DNA of 64,000 nt from Octopus sinensis (taxonomy: Eukaryota), in NCBI RefSeq assembly GCF_006345805.1, contig NC_043002.1, positions 101,060,001-101,124,000 of the forward strand, in the 5' to 3' direction. This document shows, piece after piece, positions 37,811-50,759 of the stretch. The first letter of the stretch is position 1, and every line of letters begins with the position of its first letter. The notes below the pieces were generated by a model. It was not told the DNA's origin. It was given only the letters and a program-made list of their open reading frames with translations, and did not search any database. The position numbers and the translations under genes were made by a program.

Positions 37811-39192
37811 TAAACATTATTTTAGTGCTGAAAGCAAAGAAAATATCTTTTGCTTCAGAAGCAAGGTCTTCGGGAATATATCTCTTGCTGATCACCTTCC
37901 ATACAAACACAAATGATCCAGACTAGCTTACTTGAAAGAAAACTGTGAGGTAAAGCGTGCAAGCATACCAAGAAGAGAGTTGTTGATTTTCAGGTTGGGT
38001 TGAAAACCATATGCTAATGTGTTTAGATTTATTAAGGATGGGAAAGAGAGAGAGAGGGAGTACCAGAGAAATACATCTAAGAGAGAAAGATGGCCAGTTT
38101 AGTCTCCGTTGGTCAGCGTTCTTGAAGTCACACATAAATTCTGCCACTTCTGCATTTAATACATCCCAACCCTGTTATTATCATCTGGTCTTCATCTCTG
38201 CACCACTCACAAGAGTATACACTTGTAAGCAATTGTCCATTTCTCCCATAATGCCATTTTCGTTTCTCGTTTGCTCAGAATTATCTGATACATCTTCGTG
38301 GGTAACCTTGCTACAGATGGTGTCTCGATAAAAATACCGGTCGGTGGCAAGCTAAAATCGCGCCTCATTTATGAGAGAAAATGCTAACGATAACGGTGTG
38401 AAAGGGACTAGAGCCAATGCTGGAGATGCCGCGTCTAGCAGGTGTCCCATTTTGCAACGGGGTGAGCCGGATTGTAATGCAAATAAAACAGTGGCAGAAG
38501 GTATGGGATTGAAGATGCATGAGAAGAGAGCATTGACGGAAAGAAAAGGAAATAAACAATATTGGAGGAAAAGGAAAATGTAAAAAGTTACAAGTTTCCT
38601 GAGCAGTTTAGTGTCGATACTTGACAGAAGAAGGAAAGAAGAATTGAAAAAATGATGGGAAATTTGAATAAAGGAAGAAGTATGATGTTGATACCAAAAG
38701 GTCTGAATATTGTGACTTCTGAGGGTTTTATCGATTATTTCTGAGACTTGTGTACAATCAATAAAGAGAAACTTTCATAGGGCAATTTATCTCCGTGTCA
38801 CAATGCTCCAGTTTTAAGGCAACGATTATATCGTGCCTTTTAAGTTGCTGAAGTAAGCTTTTAAAAACACTGAATTTGCAAGAAAATTAAAGCTTTGAAA
38901 CATGTGTCATCTAAAAACTGACTTAGGTTTCTATATGTGAGTATCTGTCTATCTCTCGATCGATTTATCTACGATGTTATCCTTTGTGTTGTGTGGATCG
39001 GTGCAAACTTGTTTTTTTTTTTTTTAGTTCAAGTGCAGAAGAAGAAACAATTGTTTCCACTTCTGTGCTAGCCATAAAAAGTCTATAGTTGTCAGCTAGT
39101 ATTTTATAAAATGTCATTATTATCCGATTCAGGTTTTGCACTGAGATATATTGTCAGCGGCTGTTTATTAATATTGGAGATGTTACGTTCGT

Positions 39193-39225
39193 TATAGATG
39201 CGCACCGTTTTCGCATTCGTCATTC
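39193..39225 (+). promoter_or_regulatory. Gene B core promoter: degenerate TATA (TATAGATG) + initiator
   Basis: Homologous position to gene A; TCATTC with A at 39222. Flanking block ~39030-39530 aligns with ~17905-18370. Confidence 0.62.
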
Positions 39226-39262
39226 TTTCAAATTTCTTCGCAGCTTTGTCCTTTTGGTATAC
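39222..39262 (+). other. Gene B exon 1 (5' UTR, ~41 nt)
   Basis: Donor GTAAGT at 39263; paralogous to 18081-18121. Confidence 0.68.
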
Positions 39263-39526
39263 GTAAGTGAACTTCTAAAAAGTATCTTATTTTTATAGAA
39301 TTTGTATGAAATGTTTACATGACTGTTTTGCAGTATAACTTAAATATGATTTTAACAACTGAATTTGTTCGTCAGTGTCTCCTTATAAGTCACGAGAAAC
39401 GCCCATAATATAAAGTTACTGGCATTATGTTCCTTTGATTTTGTTGGTAAAGAACAGAATATATAAGGTTTATATTTAGACTAAATACTGTTTCTGTTTC
39501 TGTATGAGAATATATATCCGTGCGTT

Positions 39527-39592
<66 letters not shown>

Positions 39593-39613
39593 CATCCATC
39601 CATCCATCCATCC

Positions 39614-39656
<43 letters not shown>

Positions 39657-39673
39657 AACCTACCTACTGTCCT

Positions 39674-39704
<31 letters not shown>

Positions 39705-39779
39705 CGTCCGTCCGTCCATCCGTCCGTCCGTCCGTCCTTCCATCCATCCATCCATCCATCCATCCATCCATCCACCTAC

Positions 39780-39854
<75 letters not shown>

Positions 39855-39856
39855 CC
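39527..39856. repeat. Compound tetranucleotide microsatellite (TCTA/TCCA/TCTG/TCCG)
   Basis: Direct reading; same intron-1 position as the pure (TATC)n at 18370-18441 in gene A. Confidence 0.95.
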
Positions 39857-40312
39857 TAGTCATCCATATCTATATATCATCACAATACTGCCAAAATACC
39901 GCATGGATTTACGTAGAATTCTAACCGAGGACCTGTACCTTCATGCAAATAACGACAAACACCCATATTCTCTGCAAAAAGATGAGTTCTGAAATATTAT
40001 TATCCTGCATTTATTCTTCTTTACCTTTTGTTTTCTTATTTACTTCTTTATTCTTCTATTTACTCTTTAAATGCTCTATTTTATTCATTATAAAATTGTA
40101 GATTTATGTGAATGTGCGTGTGTATATATATGTATATATATATACATCTATATATACATATATATACATATATACATACATATATATATATGTATATATA
40201 TGTATATATATATATATACATATATTTATATATATATATATATATACATATATATACATATATACATACATATATATATATATGTATATATATGTATATA
40301 TATATATACATA

Positions 40313-40348
<36 letters not shown>

Positions 40349-40353
<5 letters not shown>

Positions 40354-40615
40354 AATCCTCGAGGATAATCCGCACTTTTTTCCTAAAATTTAAAGGTCAA
40401 AATCCCTAGTGCCTATTATACACGAAGTTAAAAAGGAAAAATATTTTCTAAGCAATGTCCGAGTCTCTATTTGCTGTCCGGCAAGTAGCTGCTGCTGGCT
40501 TAATTACTCACGACTCAAGTTAGAGAAGGGGTGCATATTATACACAAGGTTTAGGATTTTCAGAAGTACAGCCCCCACCCAAATTATACTCAAGGGCGGA
40601 CTATACTCAAGGATT

Positions 40616-40620
<5 letters not shown>
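40349..40620. mobile_element. MITE with ~27-bp TIRs in TA context (pogo/Tc1-type)
   Basis: cagaaaatcctcgaggataatccgcac versus reverse complement of gggcggactatactcaaggatttacta. Confidence 0.75.
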
Positions 40621-40649
<29 letters not shown>

Positions 40650-40784
40650 AACTTCTGTTGGCTAGCTTCCCCGATTTCAGCACGACGTGTATCTATAGTG
40701 AGTATATAATGATATGTGGAAATTGACGATTTAAAGTCTGTTATCAGTATATATATATATTTCTTTTGCCCTTGTTTATAAGTT

Positions 40785-40863
<79 letters not shown>

Positions 40864-40964
40864 GAGAGAGAGAGATAGGTAGATATGTTTTAGTTTTCTC
40901 TGAATATATGTAGATATATATCTGCATGTGTCTCCCTACATATTTATGCATGAAGATCGAATGA

Positions 40965-41600
40965 AAAGTGCATTACCTGATACACTCATGGAATGTGTCC
41001 AAATGCGGTTTACTTTTCAAAGTAGTCCCCCTTGCTCTCCACACGCATATTCCATCCAATTGGAGAAGATGCGTTGATAATGGTGAAAAAGGTTTTCGGC
41101 AGCAGATATGATGTCATCATCATTAGTGTCATCCATCTCTTGTGACCGTTTTCTCCAAAGATACTTCGTCCTTGTCCTTATAGTGGTTAATTATGCGTAT
41201 GCGTTGCGGTAAGCTATCTCTGTACCCATCTCGAACAGACATCGCTGTAGTGAAGTTTCTCGTGATTAATTTCGCATGCCGAACCTTATCAGATTTTTCG
41301 AGAACATCCCTAAGGTAATTCGTCGAGATTATTGAATCTTCTCGTCATTGACGGAGGGTTATGTTTATCCGGCCCTCTCTTCGTGCTGTATACTTGTGAG
41401 GCTTTTTTAGATCTCCGATTCACACATCACAATTCCAGGCTGTAGACCGCAGACCCCCGTATTCGAGTAAAGACATAAGATAAACATCAGCCCATCTCAC
41501 ACATTCAGATAATCGATCACGGACCTCTGATCTTTCTTGGATGCATACTGCCAGCGGTGTAACCATGCTTGTTCTGTAGCACAAGAAAGAAAACTTGAGC
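40965..41600 (-). mobile_element. Mariner-like transposase remnant
   Basis: Reverse complement ends GDYFEK* (tacttttcaaagtagtcccc at ~41012-41031); N-terminal DQRSVIDYLN-like segment at ~41505-41540. Confidence 0.65.
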
Positions 41601-41624
41601 ATTGACGATGAAACCTCTATAATA

Positions 41625-43075
41625 TATCTCTCTCTATATAAAACTGAGAATGTGTATCTGTCTGTCTGTATGTTTCCCTAAAACTTGAGAACTACACAAC
41701 CAATTTCATTCAAATTTTACACATGCATTACTTAGGGTCCGGGGAGTGTCATCGGAAAAAAATGTTCAGCTTCTTGCCTAGGGCGAGCCCATAGCAATAT
41801 CATATCTTCTCCACTATTTCAGTATTACGTGTTAAAAGTGAAACAAAAACATTTCTCTATTTTATGTCAGATACTTTCACCTTAACAATAAAAATTAGAG
41901 ATAATAATAACAATTATTATATAAAGTATCATATAAAGTATCATATAATAGTAACATAACAAAAGTAAAAATAGCAATTGGTATAAAATTGCATCAATGA
42001 CTTGAACTTGAATAAGTGGTTTCACATGAATGGGAATAAATTTAAAATAATATTAGTGTGCAGAAATTGGAATAGTCCAGATGGAGCTGTGCACATACCG
42101 TTTACCACGGCTTTTACATTATATTATCTGCTAATTAGCTAGCATTAAGTATCTATATGAAGTTTGGCTGTATGTAATGTCAGTTTTCTCGAACAGTCAC
42201 TTCTACTGAGTACTGCTGTTGGTTTATTTCTTATACATAAAGGACTATAGCTTCAACTGCGTACTGCTTTTTGATTCACCGTAAGGTTTGTTGCTATTAT
42301 TATTACTGTTTAACTATTGTTATCACGTATGTTGGTTCCTCGTAAGAGAAACGTTGTTGTGTTGCATTTGTTAAATAATTGTAAACTGTAGCCCTCCACC
42401 TTTGGGAGAAGGAGCTTCGGTTATTGTTTAAAAATTGAATTGTGGCCCTGTTTCAGGAAATTGACAATATTTTCAACGTTTACACGGAAGCGTTTTTGTT
42501 AGAATGCCTTCGATAGAAGAAAGTCCAAAAACGAATTTCGCTGCAGCCGTCGGCGGGCGTGAACTCATTAAAATTAAAATGGAAAAAATACAAACCTATT
42601 TCGGATTGATCACCGACAAAGACGGTGAATCTAGGATTACACCACCAAACGAAATAAAAAATTAAATTAAAGAAAATACTATTGTCTGTAAAGTATACAA
42701 TGTAGAGAAAAAAAGATTTGAACACCTGGAGGAAAGCACAATCGAAAAGTGTCTTGGTGCGACTATGAAAAATATCTAACCAGAGGAGGTAAATTCGCCA
42801 CAATTGAAGCAAGGTTCGAGTCAACAGAGTGTGCAAGGGAGTACTCGACTCGAACCTTGGAAAGTGGAAATATTTTATTTTTACCTGTATATCTGGGACG
42901 TTGGACGTCCCGGATAAAAATTTAAAATGTCCCCCCAGAAGTAGCGGTAGGCTGGATTGTAGCCACACTTCTATACAAGAGGGAGGACAAGATATAATTG
43001 ATCGAAATTGCAAGAGACAGGCCTACAATTCCAGTCTGTTATATATTTTGAGTACTGTTATCACTAGCGATATCA
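41625..43075. mobile_element. Possible non-autonomous Helitron/HINE-like element
   Basis: Starts tctatataaaactgagaatgtgtatctgtctgtctg...caaccaatttcattcaaatttt and ends near cactag; typical termini only. Confidence 0.4.
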
Positions 43076-43933
43076 AGATATAACTTTGTATTTTGTATTT
43101 TATGTGTAGGTGTATATATATAGATGTACATATAATATGTACACATAAATATACACATATATACATGCACTAGCACTATAATAATGCTAGTATATATACA
43201 TACATGTGAGCGTGAATGCGCGCGCGCACATGTGTGAGTGTGTGTGCATTATGTATATATGTTTATGTATATACATTCACAAATATAGTTATGCATATGT
43301 GCCTTTGTATATTTAAACACATAAACACATCTTAACACAGATGGACTTTAACCAGAAAACAGCAATTCTCTTTTAAAATCTATGATAAACAAAGATATAG
43401 AGGGAAGTCCCCATTAACGAAACGAATGTGAAACTTAATATCTTTATACTAAAATATTTATATGTAAAAAAGCTTATTATATAAATAAAAATACATGCAG
43501 TACATCCAACCTCACGTATGCATTCGTTCAAGCACATTTAAAAGTATGTGCATATTATACCTTATGTGTGTGTGTGTGCGTTTGTTTCTTTGTACGTGTG
43601 TGTGGGCGTGTTTGTAAATCTGTGTCCCTGTATGTATTGCCGGTATGTAAATATGTGTGCCGGTATGTATTGTCGAAATTTGCCCAGTCCTGACAGAAGT
43701 CTACATATAACCTTAAATTCTATGAGTTCTTCAATCACAGCGCTGAGGTTTATGTTTCAATTATTCTCACAGTTAAAAACAGAAAGCAGCGTAATATTGT
43801 ACAGCGAAAAAATATTTGTACCTATATCGAAATATAAATACCACCTTAAGTTTCATCATTTACCAAAATGTACAGAAGCACATGCATACATATACACATA
43901 TATATACACAAATGTCTTCATATGTACACATGC

Positions 43934-43970
<37 letters not shown>

Positions 43971-44004
43971 AGAGTGTCTGTGAATACATACATGAATATA
44001 TATT

Positions 44005-44081
<77 letters not shown>

Positions 44082-44655
44082 GGATGAATGAATTATCCTT
44101 TGTTTACCGTTAACATGGAAAATTCAATAAACTGTTTCCAGGGTAGCAAAATTCACGCAAGTAACAAGGATGTAGCGACCTAATCAAAGGTAGAAACTCC
44201 GGGTTAATGTGCAGTAATTTGTGTAGTATAAGTAAATAAATGGAGTTGAACGCAAATGCTATTCTTTAATTTTCGACATATGTTTCGAAGACAACATTGG
44301 TTATATTCCAAGGAATAAACGGTGTAAAATGCTATCATCTCATCAGGAAAGAAAGAGGACCTATTTCAACAACAAGACATTATAACAATTTTGATGACTG
44401 CATAAATGATAAACAGAATGCTATTAAGTGTTTTTAAAAAAGACCGTTAGTAGATTCGACGTCAAAGGCAGACACAAGGAAGAGAAGGGGTAAGGAAATA
44501 ATAAGTAGAGAACAAATAAAGAGGGATATGTTGGTTGAAAAGTGTTCAAAGGCTTGGAAGTAGATTTCTCTATTGAAGTAAAGTGCAAGTCGAACTAACT
44601 GTTCAAACTATAAAGACTGGTAAAATCACTAAAATCAGCTAAAGGTATGTTTGTG

Positions 44656-44880
44656 TCAGTGTTTACATTTGTAAGATCGCTCTATAAGTGTGTTAACAAT
44701 GTGATTCTTAGAGAAGAGAATATGGAAGAGTTCAGAGTTGCAAATGTTACAAAATCCTTTGCCCTTATCATGAGGGAAAGATATGGACAGGATGAACCAA
44801 TCTAACTTAAACTCCTTATTGTTGTCTTTAAGATACCAAACCAATTTACTTAGCCCTGAAAAAAAGAATTTGAATAGCAT
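44656..44880 (-). mobile_element. Penelope-like GIY-YIG C-terminal fragment
   Basis: LSKLVWYLKDNNKEFKLDWFIL...CNICNSE..IL...ERSYKCKH matches the PLE ELSK..W.LK...W.I...C.LC..E...CRH pattern. Confidence 0.7.
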
Positions 44881-44902
44881 CTGTGTTCAACTCCATTTAT
44901 AT

Positions 44903-44995
<93 letters not shown>

Positions 44996-45899
44996 CATTA
45001 TGTATATAATGTACTGTTCCGTGATGGAAAAATCACCAAAGTTACTGAATCTGGTGAAATATATATATATTATTTCATACACACAATACATGTTTATATC
45101 GACTACTAAGGGCTGCACATATTAAGAATTACCTCAAACGTATTCATCAGGTGCAATCTGCGTATCATAATGAACTTAAAATTGAATGAGAGAAGAAACG
45201 CAGAATCGGAGAAGGAAATATAGGGAAATCGTGGAAAAACGGAAAACGAAAAAGTAAAAGTAGGAATTAAAATTAATTAAAATGGCAAAACAGTCATACT
45301 CGTTAGACTTTAAATTATAAGCCTGGAAAGATATCCACAAGTTTATCAGATATAGGCAGAAATTTCCATTTCTTCAAAATATACTTAGACATAGGCTGTG
45401 TGGTTAGTAGCTTGCTTACTTCCCATGAGTCTTTGTTATCAGTGTAAGCATGCGTTATTGTGTTGTGCACTGAAGAAGGTAGTTGACGGTGTTTAGCCGG
45501 TGAAAAAGTAGCTGCTGCAAGGTAAGGCTTTTGTCTCTTGGGACCAGTGGGGGTTGTTGTCTGTGGTAATATTTTTTTACAAACAAGGAGTCCTCACTGG
45601 ATTCAGGACTTGCAGTTAAGCAATATTGTTCACATTAAGTGAAAATACTTTTCTCATTGTGAGAAGTATAGTTTGGGGGCGTATACTGCCACCAACAGTT
45701 GTTCGCTGTTTGCGAATAGTGTGTATTTTACAACAACGTTTACCAATAATTGGAAAGCTGTATTTCAAGTGGAGCAGTCCAGGTTCTAATCGGAGTACCA
45801 TAGGGCTTGGAGTACCTGAATACCCAGAAGATTTTTGCTGCGTTTTGTTGAACTGTTGTTTTTTTCTATTTTTAATTGTGACTCTCCTTATTGAACTGT

Positions 45900-47050
45900 T
45901 TGCTTTCTTCTTATCTTTTCTTTGCTTTTGATTTCTCTTTTCTTTTTGAAATTTGTGAGCTATTGTTTTGGACGTTTTAATGAAGAACATGGCAAAAAAT
46001 AAGGTTGTAGAGTGGGAGATTGTCCCACCTAAGGAGTGGCTCAGACAGCAAGAGGAGAGGACGGTGGTGTTGAGAACCATTGCCGTCTTCTCAAAACAGC
46101 TGATTGAGCAGAAGTTAGCGGAACATCTGCCGACCATTAAGAGGCTTGCAGTTTTGCGAGCCAGCCGTTTGAGGGTAGAGAAACTTTGTTTCTTCCCGCT
46201 TATTGTAGGAAGAAGTTGACGAGGTCTTGGGTCTGTGGTTTGCCACCCGGAATTGAACCCGAGTGGATAGAGTATACTATCCGTCGGGGTCTGGGTGACA
46301 GCGGAGCCAAACTCCTCAATGTGAAAATTCTTCCTGTGGCTGATTGGGTTGGGTTAAAAGCTGTTTTGACCCTGTGGACCCAATCAGCCATGAATCTGGT
46401 TATGCCAGATTTTTTTTAAATGGCCGGGTGCATGTACCCGGTGATTCTTGAGGTTTGCCCACCCCAGGTGACATCGGTGCCTGGAGTCTGACCATATAAA
46501 GAAAAACTGTCCTCAGGAATAAATCAATGTCCTAGAGCAGTTGATTGAGACCTCTGTAGAAGAAGGAATGAGAGCGGTCGAGGAGGCGGAGGACTCCCCA
46601 AAGAAGAGCCGCAAGAGGAAGAAGTTGAGCAACAATGAGTGCTCACCGAAGGATCCTAGGGATGAGGGAGGGGAGTCGAATCTTCCGGTCACGGAGGAGA
46701 CGCACCCTCCCTCAGTTGAGAAGACAAAAAAGAGGAAGAGAAACAGGACATTGCCGGCAGTTGGTGACATAGCAACGGAATGTCCAGGAACCTCGTCGGT
46801 AAGGGTTGTGCCACCGGCAGGGGAAGAGATACCGTTGATGGGATTTGTGCCACCAACGGTAGAATTGACTACCTCGACCCCGGAGGAAGAAGAATTATTG
46901 GTCTTCTTCTACAGAGGCGGAGATATAGAAAAGGTGGTGGAAAAGCACCATAAGGGAGTACCTTTAACCTTCACACGGGATCCAGAATGGCTTCCGCAGA
47001 TAGCTGTGGAGGTCATACCGTTGCCCGTGATGTGTAGGCTGTAGATACTC
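45900..47050 (+). mobile_element. Degenerate Tx1-type ORF1 remnant
   Basis: WVCGLPPGIEPEWI parallels ITRVPPEVEPMWL of the intact ORF1; broken knuckle C..HRCLESDHIKKNC at ~46450-46510; K/E-rich tail. Confidence 0.6.
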
Positions 47051-47509
47051 AATGATGGATATCGTTTGTGAACGGGCGACGCCGACTCGGAACCCACCTT
47101 GGACGCGAATGAGGTGTAGGTGATGGCGGAGGATACGGGCAGAAGCGATGTTGGGAGGAATAGTGACAAGAGGTAGGAAAACCTCAGTGTTATATTGTGT
47201 ATTGTATGTTTTTGTGTGTAAGAGGCTTAGCGCCCTAATTTTTAAATAGACTATTAAGTACAATAATTGTAAGAACTGAAGTAAGAGGTTCAATACCTCG
47301 CTTTGTTTTGTTGTTTTTTTCAGTGTAAAAGAAAGCTAATTATGTTTTAGAGGAGCAAAAAGTCGGCGGGCGTTTTTTGTCTTCTCCCATTAATATCATC
47401 CTTTTTTCATCATTCAATCAATGTTTTTGTCCAGCCCGCAAGCTACTCTGTGTCATGGATTTATGGCAAAAATTTTGAAATAAAGTAGATTGCTTACCAA
47501 CTACGTGTT

Positions 47510-47612
47510 TCCGTGTTCAGCCGCGCTGGATGACACGTTGGGCAAGTATGTTCTACTATACCCTTGGGCCGACCGAGTGGATTTGATAAACGGAAAGTGA
47601 AGGAACCCCATC

Positions 47613-47692
<80 letters not shown>

Positions 47693-47935
47693 GTGTGTGT
47701 GTGTGTGTACTTGCGTGTGTGTCCGTGTTAGTCCTCCCCCACCATCGCTTGAGAACCAATTTTCGTGCGTGTACGTCGCCATCAACTAGCGGTTCTTCAA
47801 AACGACAAAATACACCGATAGAATAAGCACTAGGCTTAGAAAGAATAAGTCCTGAGGTCGATTTCTTCTAAAAAAAAGGAGGTGCTCCAGTATGGCCACA
47901 GTGAAATGACTGAGACAAGTAAAAGAATAAAAGAA
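47510..47935 (+). mobile_element. SINE, same family as 29673-30075
   Basis: Shared ttgggcaagt...gaaagtgaagg..ccc.tcgtatata and gaataagtcctgaggtcgattt...gagacaagtaaaaga. Confidence 0.78.
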
Positions 47936-48541
47936 TACGTTTACAACAGCTGAAAATTCCAGACGTAGAGCTCTGTAGTAGTAGATCTAAAAAGGACCTA
48001 GTGTATTTCTGCTAAACATAACATACATTTAATTGTTCCATTAATATGTAGTGTAGATTTTTCAATTATTTTCCACTTAATCACATGTGTTGTTGAATTA
48101 GATTTCAACGAAGCTTTGCTTTCGTCTTTATGTCGGAAGGGAGCTATGTGATAGGTATTGCGATTTTTAAATACGCATTCACGTAATGCAATATAAGTCT
48201 CCTTATCTGTGGTATTAACCTTCCACGTTTTCCATACACATCCTTCTCAGCTTTTCGCGCTTCTGCTCTCAATATAATTTTTAGTTCCTTATGATAAGTG
48301 GTTTGTACCTGATGAAAGTGTTTGAGGTATCTCTCGCATACCTGCGTAGCATGCATAAAACTTGGGTATTGCGTCATATAAATATATATGTGTGTGTTTG
48401 TGTGTATACATATATATACATATATATACTCATATATACACATGCATACATATATACTCACTCATATAAACACATACATATACATATACATATATAAATA
48501 TATATATATGAATATATATATATATATATGTGTGTGTGTGC

Positions 48542-48602
<61 letters not shown>

Positions 48603-48693
48603 CGTGTGTATGTATATCTATGTATATATGATAGATCATTAGCCACTACACACATTTTTTTCTCTCCTTGTTTCTCTCCTTTTTTCTGTGTCC

Positions 48694-48729
48694 CTTTCTG
48701 TAGAAAAGCGTAGGCTCGAAACGTAAAAG
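48694..48729 (+). ncRNA. Minimal hammerhead-like motif in a Penelope-type terminal repeat
   Basis: CUUU-CUGUAGA-A-AAGC[guag]GCUC-GAA-ACGU-A-AAAG. Stem I pairs and stem III is palindromic; core A6>U and a stem II mismatch. Confidence 0.55.
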
Positions 48730-48819
48730 ACTTTTTCTATTCCTGTGCGTTATACTAATACATCTGTTTGTTTTGTACACCACCTGTCTTCGTCTTTTGT
48801 TGTTTTTTTCGTAAACTCT

Positions 48820-48880
<61 letters not shown>

Positions 48881-49066
48881 CAGAGAGATACATATAGATG
48901 TAGATATATATAGAATTTAGAGACAAACCGCTATTTAGTTATTCTATCAATACTGAAACGATATTATCGATAATACTCACATAGAAATTAATTAAATATA
49001 TTATAATTATTAATCTAAAAATCACAAAACAAATCAAACATTAAATCGACTGTATATATATAAATT

Positions 49067-49590
49067 ATCAGAATGAGATAAAGATCCAAGGATGTGAATG
49101 ATTTCAGAACATTTATAAAGAGAAGGTCTTACAGCTGTTTCCGGGATATTTCGTAAATCCCTTCATCGGAGACGTTGCGAGAATATGGTTAAGCAATAGT
49201 TATTCTAGAGAAAATATGAAATAGTTAGTGAAGTGGAGGAATGAAAACAGACGTGGGATATGCAGGGATATTGTATATGCAGTTCCATTATTTGAGCAGA
49301 ATGGTATAAATATAAGTTTCCTGTACCTTGTGTGTAAGTTACAATAGTATTTTAAATTGGTCATTCCAGGCATAGATTTTGTAAGCCGGTTTTTTTCTCT
49401 CTTCCTGTTTTTGATTTGATCTTACAAACACATTCCCAACTTTTAAGTCACTTCAAAAAACCCTCGATCCAATATCACGATTTACAAACTCTGTGAAGGG
49501 ATTTACGAAATATTCCGGAAACAGCTGTAAGACCTTCTCTTCATAAATGTTCTGAAATCATTCACAGCCTCGGATTTTTATCTCATTATG
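49067..49590. repeat. ~100-bp inverted repeats (Penelope pLTR-like), each carrying a hammerhead-like motif
   Basis: 49067-49170 is the reverse complement of ~49490-49590. Motif on - strand at 49126-49173 and on + strand at 49491-49533. Confidence 0.8.
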
Positions 49591-50026
49591 TTAATTATAT
49601 TATATATATGCATGCTAATATATGACCTACGTTGGACTTCTCATTCGCATAATCACCGAACCTGAAGATTAACTAATGTCTGTCCATAGCACTTACTCAG
49701 CATTACCTGACCCCTTTGGGTCTTCTTGACACCATGACCTCCCATAACCTATATATATATGTACATACATACATACATAAATACATACATACATACATAT
49801 ATATATATGTATGGGTGCGTGTGTGTGTGTGTGTTTGTGTGTGTGTTTGTGCAGATAAACTTATATACACACTTAAATACATACAAACATATGCACACTC
49901 AAGCACATGCATGTATACTTATAAAATGCACACACATATCTACTTTCGTTGTTTCGCTTTTTCCTTGAAATTGAAAACAGTTTCTATTTCGATCCCGTCA
50001 AAATACCTTTGTACTTTCAGATCAAT

Positions 50027-50111
50027 ATGACACGACTACTTCTTGTTTTCGTGCTGCTTATGACTGCGATAACAATGGTTATGGCAGCATGCAAACCAGA
50101 TACAGATCATG
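50027..50111 (+). CDS. Gene B exon 2 coding part: signal peptide + short Cys-containing N-terminus
   Basis: ctttcag|atcaatATG; MTRLLLVFVLLMTAITMVMAACKPDTDH + G; phase-1 donor GTAAGT at 50112. Confidence 0.87.
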
Positions 50112-50276
50112 GTAAGTTACCAATTATATATCAAGATACTGAATAATTAAATTTTGAAAATTGCTTGAGCACCAAATCTTTTCCTTTATTCAGCCAATCA
50201 GTCTTTTCCTACTTTGATAGCAAAACTGTTGCCGGTGTATGGTTTCCATTGCCACGAATTGACAATTCATAAACAC

Positions 50277-50356
<80 letters not shown>

Positions 50357-50759
50357 GTACATATATATCTATGTATATATATATGTATGTACAGTACATG
50401 CATGCATACATTATTCACACCAGAAGAAGGATTTAAATGATTAAATTCAGAAAACACAGATACACATATATGTCTACAAATATACGTTTGTATGTGCAAA
50501 AGCAAATTATTTTAAATATATTGTTTACGTCAATTTCAACCAACCTTGCCGTATCTTTTAAATATTCCGTCAAATATTTATATTAATGTTGTGTGAAGTC
50601 TTTCTTCACAGCACGTTGTAAGTTCACCCAATTTGTACATAGAAAATGTAATATGGCGACTGATAAGCTCATCCATACGGTTCCGAACTGCGTCATTGTA
50701 AATAATCATATGACTACAGGACAAATTTAAGACAAGTTTTAACATTCAGTCATCAGAAT

